DNA from: Geosiphon pyriformis uo1 | Lineage: Eukaryota > Fungi > Glomeromycota | Assembly: GCA_016748015.1 (NCBI GenBank) | Contig: JAAOMT010000572.1 | Span: forward strand, 62,001-126,000 | DNA: 64,000 nucleotides | Direction of reading: 5' to 3' | Shown: positions 1 to 12,215 of the stretch, piece by piece | How the letters are laid out: every line of letters starts with the position of its first letter | Position numbering within the stretch: position 1 is the first letter of the stretch | The notes under the pieces: model-generated | Database searches by the model: none | What the model was told of the DNA's origin: nothing | Seen by the model: only the letters and a program-made list of their open reading frames with translations | Position numbers and translations under genes: made by a program

Positions 1-1486
1 GATGTCATGCAATTTATCTTTTACTGCAGAAAATTCCCCAGACTCCAAAATGTCCAAACCAAGCTTTTCCGCAGAGCCAATAGAACCAGAAAATGAACAA
101 CTCTGACTTTTCAAAAACTCAAAAGAAACCAAAAACCAATGAGGCACAGGACTACATGGATCCAATCTTTTCCAATGACAAAAAGTTTTCCAATCTAACA
201 AAACACCTTTCTTATCAAAAAGCCAATCACCAAAAGTGATACCAAAGCATCTAAGAGATTTGACTGAGTCAAAATACAGAGACTTTCCAAGAATAGAGGA
301 CAACGGAAAATGACTAAGACTATGAAATGCAGTGGGAAGATTGTTCATCAAAGAAAGCTCATTGTCCAAAAAAATCTTCACCATCTCAGCCAGAAAATTG
401 TTCACTGGACTAACACGCAACCTGACTGGAAACTGCAAAGAATCCAAAGAAGCCCAACCAAGAACCTGCAGATCCAAAAACCTATGTCTAAACAAACGCC
501 TAAGAATACCAAAGGCATTAGAGAACATTATCAGAGCAGTAATCTTCCCCTCTGACTGCACCTGCTCAAAAGGCTTTAGGCCATACAATGAGGGATGATG
601 CAAAGCAGCATCAGGAAAATTACAGGGGAGGCAAGCCTTAGACCTAAGACCCTTTCTAACCAAGACATCTCACTTGCGACAAACATTAAAAGAGACAAAA
701 CTAAACTGAATATGATAGCTAACAATAGGCTGCAAAACAGCCGACACCAGATAGGAGAACTGTTTGTCCGTAATAGCTTTCCTAAGCACAACATTGACAA
801 AAAAACGCACATCCACATAAGCCTTGGCAACACTTGGCTTGGAGAGCCTCTCAGCCGACAGAAAAATACCTAGATACTAATGTGCTTCCTCTTTTTTGGC
901 AATAGAAATTGGCTAACTGCAAATGCTCAGTGAAGCAACTTTAACACCCTGATTGATGGGAATAGCTACCATCTTCTCATTGTTGATAAAAATATCATTG
1001 ATCACAAAAAATTCACTGGCAATGTTCAGAGCATATTGAGTAGAAGCCTGACAATTCCCAACCGAGATCATATTATCAACAAATGCACCAGCCAAAAAAT
1101 ACAATGTCAAACCACCACCACTCTCAATTCTGCCAGACTTTGAAACAAACTTAGTATTAATCCAGTACTCACACAATTGTTTGTGCCTCTTAACCTCACA
1201 CAAAAGTGGATCATAAAAAATTCTCCATAGAAGTGGCGAAAAGATCTTACCCTAATCCAGCCCATCATGCATCTTATAACCACCAAACAAACCAAAGTCA
1301 GTCATTATCCTATTAACTTTATCCTTATGAATACCACCAAAAAACCTTATAAACCTCTCACATATCTTAATGTGCCACAAACTAGCCCTTAAATGATGCC
1401 ACCCAACTAAATCGTAAGCTTTTCGCATATCTTACAAGACCAATCATAACTCCCTATCCTTCTCAATGGCATTTTCAATCACCGAT
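1..1486 (-). mobile_element. 5'-truncated LINE, ORF2 reverse-transcriptase region (pseudogene), continuing beyond the window start
   Basis: Minus-strand ORF 913-1203 (FLAGAFVDN..., INDIFINNEKMVAIPIN) aligns with ORF2 of the other LINE copies. Homology stops abruptly at ~1486, where LTR-like relic sequence begins. Confidence 0.9.
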
Positions 1487-2257
1487 TAAACTATATAACA
1501 TTTAAAATTTACTAAATTATTTAATAATTTGACAAAATATTTAATTATTTACCAAAATAATCTATAATTTACAGAAATAATTTGTAGTTTAATAAAATAT
1601 ATTTTTAATTTGTCAAAATATTAGCAAAAAAAATATTAAATTATAAAATTATACTATAATAAGTTGTATAAAGAAAAACTTTTCTTTTTAAAAAAATATA
1701 TTTTAATTAAAATAATATCTTATTTTATAATTAATAATTAATTACTATAAATCAATTTAATAAAAATTGTTTTAAAAACACAAATTTTTAATTATTACTA
1801 TTTTGAAATTACTTATTTCAAACTAATATTATAAAATTAATTAGTTATCAATTTTAATAATTGTTAGTAACTTTTAGATCTGGATCTAAAACAATTTTCT
1901 TAAAAACACATTTCTTATTTTTTTTTCTTTTTTTTATATTATTAAGTAGTTTATAATTAAAATTTCTTGTAAAATGTTGATTTTTATAGCAAAATAACTA
2001 CATATTATTTGGAAAGTTTACAAATAAAATTTTTTGGTAAAAAGATTAACTTTTATTGTAATGTAATTACACAAAATAATTGGCACAGAATTAGTTATTT
2101 TATTATAAGTCCAATAGTATTTATAATTCAAAATATAAAAAGATATTTTAAAAAAAATTAACTTATTGAAAAATTATTAGCTTTTATTAAACAACAAAAT
2201 TAACAGCAAAATAGCATTAATAATATTCAAAAAAAGATAGAAAGATTTTTAATAATA
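1487..2257 (+). repeat. Eroded 5' LTR (5'-truncated) of relic C
   Basis: aaactatataacatttaaaatt...aagttgtataaagaaaaacttttc matches LTR 41618-41825 (aaactttgtaacattcaaaaatt...aagttgtataaaagaagagcttttc). It ends in aataata (eroded agtaaca) followed by a PBS relic. Confidence 0.7.
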
Positions 2258-2469
2258 TTTATTGCTTTTTTAAAAATAATACATTAATAATTAAATTAAA
2301 ATATTAACTATTTTTAATATAATAATTTAAAACTTCTTTCTTTCTTTCATCCTAAATTCCCAAAAAAGAGTCAAAGTTTTTTGGAAGAAGTTTTTTTACA
2401 ATTCAGTACAATAAATCCAAACCCTTTATTCTTGACTATGAAACCACTGTTGGCTGCAGTATTGCTGTC

Positions 2470-4274
2470 ATGAAAAAGACTGCTAAGGTTTCTGGTTCTA
2501 ATAATGGTTTTAAACCTGTTCTTCCAAGAAAAAAGAGGAGAGACAGTGTTTTAGAAGATGGTTCTGGCAGTGGGAGTGTTGGTTCTAAGATTCAAAATAG
2601 CCGCTCATGGGATTCAGAAACTGGTGACACCACTGAGCCTAATAGTATTGATATGGAAGAGGAATGTCTGATGAAAAAGACCAGTTTTGATTATGGTAAA
2701 AGTGGTGCTCTTGCTGAAAGGGATCCTAATCAGACACTTACTGGTTCAAAAGTCAAAACCAAAAAAGCATTAGGCAAGCCGTTGAGTAAGATAAATTTTT
2801 TATCTAGTGACATTGATGATGATGTTCTCTTGGATGCTCCAGTGGAACTTCCCCCATCTCTCAAAAAAAATCTGGTTAACATTTCTGTTCACAAATCTTT
2901 TGCTTTGGATATTAGGTTGGACAAAATGGTTGGGAAATTTTCTCAAAAAAAACTACAAATGGTCAGAAGATTATTTTCAAAAATCAATGGTTTTGGAGGG
3001 GGGCCTCTATCCTCTCAAAATTTGCTAGGATCATCAAAGCATTGTTTACTTCCAAATCAAGCTTGGTACAGACTTCCAAAAAAGCTAAAGAAGCAAAAAT
3101 TCTGGTAAACACCAATCTCAAGAAGTCTCCTGAACACTCAGATTGGGCTGTGGTGGTAAAAGAAATTTCTGTTGAAACTTTGGCTGAGACTGTACATGCC
3201 ATGTTGTCCAAGTTTGGAATAATTAAGTCAATCAAAATACAATTGGTGGGGCTGTAACAGAAAGCAGTAGTTGAATTTAAATGGATTGATCATGCTAATT
3301 TGGTTACAGCAAAATGGTTTATCCTGATTGGGAAAAATACAGTGTGTGTTGCTAGATCTGATATGGACAAAGAAATCTGGAACAAAAGAAATATTCACAG
3401 AGCTCTTTTGTACACTCTACCAATGGAAACCAATGCACATGATATTTGGGATTATGTCAACTCAGTGGGTGAAAAAACATGCACAATTGATTGTTATCCT
3501 GTTACATATGCTCGGGCCAGATGTGCCATTGTTTGTTTTAAATTAGCTAAATCCTTGGATGCTGTCATGAACACTACTCCAGTTTTGAGAAGTGTAAATC
3601 TGTATTGGTCTTGATTGGGTTTTTCTAAATGTGCTGAGTGTGAGAAAACAAATCATATATTATTGAGTTGTTTTGTGGGTAAGAATTTTTCTTCTGGTAA
3701 ATTTTCTCATAGGGTGCTTTCAGATGTGGATAAAAGCAGGTTGGGTGCCATCTATTCCAAGCATTTGGCTTTTATTGCTCATCCTGTTGCTTTTGATGGG
3801 ATTTTTTGAGTAAAAATTACTGGTGGATCTTTGCTTTCTTCTCTTCTTGTAAAGAATGTTTTGATCAATTCTGGCTTCTCTTCAGAGATGAAGTCTACCT
3901 TTTCTGTTACTTTTGACATTGAAAAAAAGTTTGCTGTTTTGGAAAGTAGTCTTACTAGCCTTGCAGAACAGATTAGTGAGTTGGCTAAGAGGTTGGATTT
4001 GTTCATTCTAGCAGTTTTTCAGCCTAGCCTTAGATGTTAGCTGCCGGTGACTCTCTCATCATAGAATCAGATGGGTAATATAGTGATGGGAGAGGGCTCA
4101 AGTGTAGCTACTAGTAGTAAAACTGCTGTGCTTCTGGAATCATTTTCTTCTTCTAATATGGTCAAATTTGAAAATATGTTGGAAGGTCTTTCTATTTCTG
4201 TTTTGAGTTTGTCAGTTCATCTCAATAGTTTGGTCCTGGCTGGTAGTGTGCAACCCTGATCTCCTTCTCAATGA
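2470..4274 (+). pseudogene. LINE ORF1 (basic N-terminus, RRM, degenerate CCHC knuckle, coiled coil)
   Basis: ORF pieces 2470-3108, 3042-3257, 3300-3614, 3615-3809 (CAECEKTNHILLSC), 3831-4040 and 4071-4259. True stop is TGA 4272-4274. Confidence 0.85.
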
Positions 4275-7200
4275 GTGAGTTAGTCTGAAAGATTACAACG
4301 TGTAATGTTAGGAGCATGAACAATCCTACAAAGCAGGAGAACATTGTGTATTGACATGTGGAATCAGGAAACATGGTTTCAATTGTTACTGAAACAAAAT
4401 TGAAGTCTGGTTGTAGACCATAGATTATGAACAAGTTTGATGGTGTTAGAATTTTTTCATCTGGTGTGGACAAAGGATTTCTTGAAGCTGGGGTGGCCAT
4501 TATTATAAACAATTCTCTGGTCCACCATGTTTCTAAAATTGATAAGATCTCTGGTTAGGTTATTTTAGTGTGTTTTTTCTTCAAAGGCAAACTCTCAGTT
4601 ATGGTTCTGGGTTTGTATACTGGCACATCCTTTGGAATTAAGTTTGGTCAGACTATGAAAGTCAATTCTTTTGTCACAAGAGCTCTGAACTCCAGTACTT
4701 TTGTGGTCTTAAGTGGTGATTTCAATGAGAACAATTCTAAAAAAAGTGCAAGTTATAAGTTTTGTTTGGATCTGAGTTTGGCCAACTCATTCAGTACACA
4801 CTTATTGGTCAGAGCTCTTATATAGAGCAATTCAAGAGGTGCTAAAAAAACAATTGATTATATTTTTGTCAGTAATAATTTGTCTTTGGCAGTTGCTGGT
4901 TAGATTGTGGCTTCTGTTTCTAATTATTTTGACACTAATCACAAGACTGTTATGGTGTCAGTTAATCTGAATGGGCTCTTAGATGTTCATCTAAATGGTT
5001 TGTACAAGCAAATTAATAAAAATCAATGGAAGTTCAAGATTACAGATGCAGATGGTCCCAAATGGGCTTGTTTTAAAGAGTGTTCTTTGGTTAAGTTTTC
5101 TTTTGTGGTTAATGAGTTTTTGGTTGCCAGTGATGGCAGGAATTTTGATTCTATGTGGTTTTTGTTGGTAAAAGTGTTGGTCAATTCAACTAATGAAGCA
5201 TTTTCTAGACATTGGTTTCGTAAGGTCAAATGTTTTTCCAACAAACAATCTTTGAAATTTTTTAAGCTGGAATTCCTGGTTGCTAAATTGGTGAAGTCTC
5301 TTCAGTTTGGTAATGCTTCTAGAACTGGTTTTTTTTTAATGCCTGGCTGATTGCTGATGAATGTAAGGCTCTTGAGATTTGAAACATGTTGAATGATGGT
5401 GCCAGCAGCGAGAATGTTTTTGTTTGTCTGTCTAAGCTTAGGAAAAGTTACCATTGCTCTAAGATGCATAAGGCTAAAGCTGCTGAAGCTGCTGCAATTA
5501 GACATGCCATTGATAGAAGAATGGAAAATTTTTGCACAGACAAAGGCCATATGATCAGGAGTATTTTAGATAAGCCATTTCACAAGGTGGTCCTTAACCA
5601 TTTAGTGGTGGATGATGAACTTGTTTTAGATTCTGGTGAAGTCAAATTTAAAGTTGATGTGATAATAGAAGAGTGAACCAGAAAGCAGTCAGCATCTACA
5701 CCTCTTTCCACTCCTTGGACTCGTTAGTACACTCTTTTACAATATGTGGATAATGATGCTTTCTCTGGTGTTATGGATGTTATTGGTTTTGATGAGCTTT
5801 TTCAGGTGATTAAATACTTACCTGATGGGAAGGCTGCTGGCCTTAGTGGTATTCCTAATGAATTGTGGAAGCATTGTGATGAGATCATTCTCAAGGGCTT
5901 ATTGAATCTCCTAAATTTGTGTCTGAAGGTAGATGTGGTTCTGATCTTGTAAAGAAGGGCATGGATTTCTGTAATACCCAAATCTTATGATTGGGATAAA
6001 GTCTTGACAAACACTTGTTCTATTGCTTTACTGGAAACTGCTTACAAGATCTTTTTTAAGATTCTTTCAAATCAGATTTTCTTTGCTTGCAGTAAGTTTG
6101 GGGTGTTGCATGGGGATAACTTCTCAGTTCTTCATGGTATTTCTACACAGTCTCCCATTTTTGCTGTTAGTTTGGTGGTGGAGAATGCTTTGGAAAAAAG
6201 CAGAGAGGTTTGGTTGGTTTTGTAGAATATGTGCAAGACATATGACTCAGTCGGCTGGCACCACTTGGAGACTAGTTTGTGGTACATTAAAATGTGTGGC
6301 AGATTTATTAAATTTTTTGGTGGAATTTATGAGAATAGATTGAACTGTATTATGACAGATTTTGGTCTTTCAGATGATTATTGGGTGCTGGATGGTCTCG
6401 ACTAAGGTGAAGTGTTCTCTTCTCTCCTTTGGCAGATCTTTTATGACCTCTTACTGTATGAGATTAAGAGACAGAAGAGTTTATGTGGCTACCAAATTGA
6501 TACCAAGTTTGTCGCCAAATTAGGCAGAATAAGCAATATAAGTGGAACTACTTCATTCTTTACAACTGGTGTTTTTGTCAATGACACTATCTGGATAAGG
6601 AGTAGTCAAACTGTCACACAATTTATATTGAATGTTGCTAGTGAGTTCTTTGCAATTAATAATATTTCAATTAATAATGACAAAACAGTGGCCATTTCTA
6701 TTAACCAGAGGGTTTAGAATGCTGTTCTCAGGATTAGTGGGTTGCCTATTTCAATTGTCAAACATGGTGTGTTTCATAGATACCTGAGTATATTCTTGTC
6801 AATTGATAATCTGTCTAAGTTCAGCTTAGCTAAAGCTCAATCTGATGTGAAATTCTTTTCCAATATGGTGTTATGTAAAACTATTTCTGACAAACAATTC
6901 TTGTATTTGGTTTCAGCTGTTCTTCAGCTTATTATTGGCTACTGCACCCAATTTAGTTTTGTGTCCTCTTCCATTTGTCAGTATTGGGATGCTATAATCA
7001 GAAAAAGTTTTAAGTCAAAGGCTGGTTTGTTCTGGAATTTTCCGAATAAGATGTTGTATTACCCTTTGTTATATGGTTTAAAGACATTTGAGCAGATTCA
7101 GGCTGAGGTGAAGTCTGCTTCTGTCATCAATTTTTCTAATGCTTCTGGAGTTGTTGGTCAGCTTTTTGAACACTGGTTCCTGAATTTGCAAGTTCTGGGC

Positions 7201-8961
7201 TGGGCTTCTCTGAATCCTTTGCAATATCTGGTGAGATTACAGGTTAGCTTATTTAACAATTTCTTGGCTGGGATAGTGCATATCTTTCTGAACAATAATA
7301 TTTCATTGGTGAACAATTTGCCTAGTGCTTTTCTTAATTCTGGCAGGTATCTAGTCTCTGGTGTCTTGGGGTTTTCTTTGTATTATGATCAGATTGTTTC
7401 ATTGAAGAGATTTGGTATGGCTTTTTGCGACAAACTTTTGGACAAACATGGTAGAGTCTTGGACTGGCAAATATTCTGGTATTGGAAGAGACTGGATCTC
7501 TGGAGACCTGTGTCTTCTTGGTTTGTCTTGGTTTTGAGATTTTTACATGATGTAATTCCATCATCAGCATCTTCTGGTAATAATCTTATAGTAAATGTCA
7601 ATGACATTTTGATCTCGAGTTAATTCTTTAATGTTAAAAATAGTCTGCTGGAGGTCTGATTAAATTCTATATCTGTTTTTACAGATGAATCTTTGAAAGG
7701 GCTTGGTTCTACTGATGTGGCTGGAGGTGCTGTGGTGTACTTTCCTGAAATTAGGTTGGGCATAGGAGTCAAGATAGTGGGTCTTTTATTTTTAACAATG
7801 GCTGAATTACAGACTGTTGTTCTGGTACTGAAGTGTGTTCCTTCTTTTTGTTCAGTAAAGATGTGTTTAGACAGTTAAGCCACTTTGGATGCATGTGTTT
7901 CAGAATTAAAAATAGGTGTTCCTAATTTTTGTAATTGCTGCTAGATGGAAAGGAGACACATTGTGAATTTGGTTAGTCAAAAGAACATTTCTGTGGTTTA
8001 GTCAAAGGTTAAAAACCACTCTGGTATAGTGAGTAATGATTGTGCAGATGTGTTAATGGACATTTCTGCCCACTTCTTCTTGCTGCTGCCAACTAATGTG
8101 TGTGAATATTTTATGATGGCCAATACTATGCTGATATCTGGTAATATTTGATACTTTATTTGTGATGTTTTTAGATTTGTAAATTGCACATATTAGAAAA
8201 TTGGTCTCAGTTCTAAGATTTTGTGTGGTTTTTTGGTGCATAACATTGATTGGATTAAGACTGTGGCTGTTTGGCATCTGGATTTGGACATGCTATCTGG
8301 ATTGACAAGTAAAACTTTGGCTAGTTTACATTCTTACTTTATGAAGACTGTGTATGGCAGATTGCCTATTGTAGTTAAAAAGAGACTTTATAACAAGAAA
8401 TATCTTGGCATTTTGTGCTTGCATTGTGATGAAGTTGAATTCTCAGATCATGTGTTCACTTGTAGCAAGGAAGCTGTCTCCCATAGTGAGATTTTGTTCA
8501 AATGGGTAGCAGTTTGGAGGTTTTTGGCTGGCTTTCATCTTCTAGCATCTTCAGTAATCCTAGAATCTCTTCTTTCGTATGTGTATGATGTTGGCTTATA
8601 TGTCCTTTTTTGCAAAGGCTTTGTGCTTTTAGGATGGTTTGAGGAAGCTGTGTGGATATTTGAAAATTGCAAAGAGACTGTTTAAGTTCTTATTGATTTT
8701 GTGTGAAACATAGAAATGCCACATCGTTCTGAGTTGTGGGGGTTTAGATCCTGGTTTAGAGCTGATATAGAAAAAAATAATTTGGTCAGTGACTTAAGTG
8801 TGTTGTTTGTGATATTTTGTGGCTTAGCACGGGATTTATTGGACAGTATAGTTAGATTAATTGATACTAATAATTTCTTTAGGATCAGTTTTGGTTTCTG
8901 TAAGCCATATTTGTTTTTTTCTGGTTTGAATGATTTGGCTACTGTTCTTATAAGTGTGTAG
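4271..8961 (+). pseudogene. LINE ORF2: APE endonuclease - RT - RNase H - CCHC
   Basis: TCNVR, GDFNE, IDYIF, TNH (APE); GKAAGLSG, FVND (RT); FTD...AEL...DS (RNase H); CLHCDEVEFSDHVFTC. Many premature stops. Confidence 0.92.
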
Positions 8962-9085
8962 TGTTACTATGATTAGTTCGAGTAATTAGTCACATGTAGT
9001 AAATGCATGAATTGTATCTAGTTGAGATTCATAGTTTTGATTCTGTATACTAAATAGCAATTGGGCTGCATTCGTTAAACTGTTA
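8958..9085 (+). other. Structured LINE 3' UTR (predicted four-way junction)
   Basis: Stems tgattagtt/aattagtca, catgta/tgcatg and aattgtatctagt/actaaatagcaatt; homologous structure in five other copies in the window. Confidence 0.7.
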
Positions 9086-9113
9086 ATAAAAATAAAAAAT
9101 AAAAAATAAAAAA

Positions 9114-10449
9114 ATTTTAAAATATTATTAGTTAATTTATATCTACTATAAATAATAATTTAAAATACAAAACAAAATTATAGTTGTCAAAAAAACACTT
9201 TTTTTATACATTAAAAACCAAATTAATAATTATTTTTTTAGAAATTACAATATTACAAAAGTTAAATAAAACTTTCTTAAAAACTTAATTTATTACTTAA
9301 ATACAGAATTAAAAGTTATTAATACAAACATTTGTGCTATTTATTTTGAAAAACTTAACTATAATATTATTAAATTTTGCTAAAAAAATACTCTGTTAAC
9401 TTATAGTTTATTCTTAAATTTAAATCTAAACCAAAAACCAACAACAAAAAAAATACTTAATTAATTTAAACAATATTTAGTGCACTAAAAACAATATTTA
9501 AACATTTATAAATATCTAAACAAAAAACAAATATTAAACTATTATTTTTAATTACATTTTTTTTAATTTTATTTGTTTAAATACAAATATTTAATTCACT
9601 ACTTAATCGATTTTTAAGACCAAAAAACTTTACAAAAAGTCTTATTTAGCAATCAAAACTAATTTACACAAGCATTAATTTTTTTGATTATTTAACAGAA
9701 AACCAAAATAAATACTCAAAAACATTAGTCAATAAAAAAACGATTTTGAATTTATTAAATAAAATAAAAAAAAACAAAAAAAAACACAAAAAAAACACAA
9801 ACAACAAAAAAATAATCACTATATATATTGTAAAAATTTCTGATTTTTTCAAAAAAATATTAAAACCAGTTTTTAAGAATGACTTAATTAAGTTATTAAA
9901 GCAAAAAATATAAATAGATAGACTACAATAAGAATGTTAAAAGCAATTTTTTACTTTCTTAAAAGAACTACAAATAAATAGTTCAAAAACTTAGAAGAAT
10001 TTTTTGCAAATTAACAAGTTTTTAAAACTGTTTTTCTTAAGCAATTTAAAAACAACAATATTTTAATTATTTTTTATAACTGTTTTTAAAATATCAAACA
10101 AAAACTAATTAAATCTATTATAATTTATATTAAAAAGTTCAATAAACTTCTTAAAAAAATTTGCTAACTAAAAACAAATATTTATTATTTTAATACTTAA
10201 ATCTTAAATTAATTTATTATTAAACTTAAAAACAAACTTATTAAAAAAGTTTTTTTACATGGCTTAACAAATTTAACTACTATTTTTTAATATGTTAAAA
10301 ATTATAAAATAACTATAAAAGCAATAAACCAAATCAAACTTGTTAATCTTGTTATTAATAAAACTAGTTTAACAACTAAAAAAAAATTAATTAACTTATT
10401 AAAAAAGTTAAAAATTATTTTGTTAAATAACAGCAAAAATATTAACTAT
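9114..10449 (+). pseudogene. Eroded gag of relic C
   Basis: agaatgttaaaagcaattttttactttcttaaaagaact (9931-9969) corresponds to agaatgctcaaagcaattccctactttctccaaggaaca (43264-43302). Confidence 0.8.
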
Positions 10450-11264
10450 TGTTATAAGTAGATTTTTTGTATAAATATTGGTAATTTTTATAACTTAATA
10501 TTTAAATTAGTTGGAATATATTTCAAAGATCTAAAAATTTTGTATTGGAATTCTTTGTATAATAAATAAAAATTTATTTAATAATAGTTAATAATAGCTT
10601 TAATAATTTTTTTGGCTTAGTAACCAGTTTATTTTGGTGTTTGCATTTTTTTGGTAAGCAATCTTAGTTTTTTGATTATATTTATACACTTTTTTGGTGT
10701 TTTTATTAAACAATTTTTGATGTTGTAATCTTAAAATTTTTTTACAATTAGTTAATAACTCAAATAAACACAATTAATAAAATAATATAATAACTAATTA
10801 GTATTCTATTAATAGTTATAATCAAAAGCTATTCTTTTAATTTTGTTTAAATGACTGTAATAAATTCAAATAATATTAATATAATTATGATATTAGTTTT
10901 AATTTTAATAATCTTAGAATTATTTAAGTAATAAATATAATAAAAATTTATTAACAAATTGATTTAATTTGTAATTGTTAATAAAATTAAAAATAATCAA
11001 ACTAATTTCAAAGTTTTTTTTTGTTTTATTTTTTCTTAACTCATTAACTAATATATATAATTTTTAGATTACAAAATTTTGAAATTCTTATAATTTTTTT
11101 AAGTTATTGCTAAAATTTCTGGTATTTTTAAAATTCTTAGCATTTCTGCCAATATTTTTGCAATTTTTGGAATCTTTATTGGTATTTTTAAAATTCTTAG
11201 TGTTATATATTTTGATAATTTTTTATTTTGCTATTGGCTATTTATATTATTATTATTTTCAATA
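10450..11264 (-). repeat. 3' LTR of relic D
   Basis: Starts tgttataagta; 10780-11260 is colinear with 29990-30451. Confidence 0.8.
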
Positions 11265-12215
11265 TTTAATTTTATTAAAATCTCTCAAGTTTTTTTCTTG
11301 AATAAATTTATATATATTTTTTTATTATTGTCTTAAAAACTTTTGTTCTTAGTTTTTTAAATTGTGGATTGATTATTTTTTTAATTGGTTTGCTGTTATA
11401 TTTTTTATAATTAAATGTATTAATATTTTTTTGTATTTATAAAAAATTGTATATAGTTAATAGATTGCTTTTACATGGATTATTAAGTTGTTTTTTTCAA
11501 TAAAGTGTTTTATTTGTTATACTATTTATTTGTTAAATACTTATTTAAAGCAATTAATATATAGTGTTTAAATATTTAATTATTGTTCTAAATGATAATA
11601 GTAATATGTTATTGAAAACTGTTTTTTTTAAATCTTTTAGTTTTTTCTTATTAGCATTTCTAATTGAATATTTATTATTAAATTTCTGAAAGTTTTTTTC
11701 ATTTTTTAACAAGTTTTTTTATATAATTATTTTTTTGTTTTTATATTTTGCTATATAAATTTTTTTTAATTATTCTGTTTTTTTAAGTGTTTTTATAATA
11801 AATTTTTTGTTTATTAATTGTTATTTTTATGTCTAAGTTTTTTGTTTTTAATATTTAAAACAACTATTGTGTTATTGTATATATTTTATTCATTATTTCT
11901 ATTTTCTGCTTTTTTTCTGCATGTTTTAATTTATATTTATAACAATTTTTAGTTTTGTAATATGTTAATTTTAATAATAATAATTAGTTCTAAATTTTGT
12001 AGAATCTTATCTGGTTTAATTAGTATTTTTTGTGTTTTTAACTGTAATATGCTAGAGTTTACTAATATTTTATTATAATATAATTTTAGTTAATTTTTAT
12101 ATGCTGTTTTGGTCAAAATTTTGTTTTTTAATTATAATTTATAATCTGTTTCCAAGTATTTTTTAATATAAATTGATTTGTTTTATTTTAGGTCAAATTT
12201 TTTTTTTCTATTGAT

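Larger units (their letters stand above)
2331..9113 (+). mobile_element. Full-length L1-like LINE (copy A), pseudogenised
   Basis: Pyrimidine-rich 5' end (aacttctttc...), ORF1, ORF2, conserved 3' UTR and (TAAAAA)n tail. Flanks rejoin into relic gag; possible TSD aatt(t)taaaa. Confidence 0.92.

Noticed and set aside
4271-8961. Alternative genetic code (TGA=Trp, TAA/TAG=Gln)
   Set aside because: Stops fall at different positions in each copy, replace W, Q and R codons alike, and co-occur with frameshifts; mutation explains them.
8958-9085. LINE 3' UTR as a hairpin, hammerhead or HDV ribozyme, or a tRNA
   Set aside because: The four-way junction and a GUAUA in the P4 loop are reminiscent of the hairpin ribozyme, but its AGAA/GUC loop A and AGAAACA, the hammerhead CUGAUGA core, and tRNA D/T-loop motifs are not seen.
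11107-11301. Short hydrophobic ORFs in AT-rich DNA (also 13994-14422, 17947-18313)
   Set aside because: Chance ORFs within eroded LTR, LINE or pol relics.
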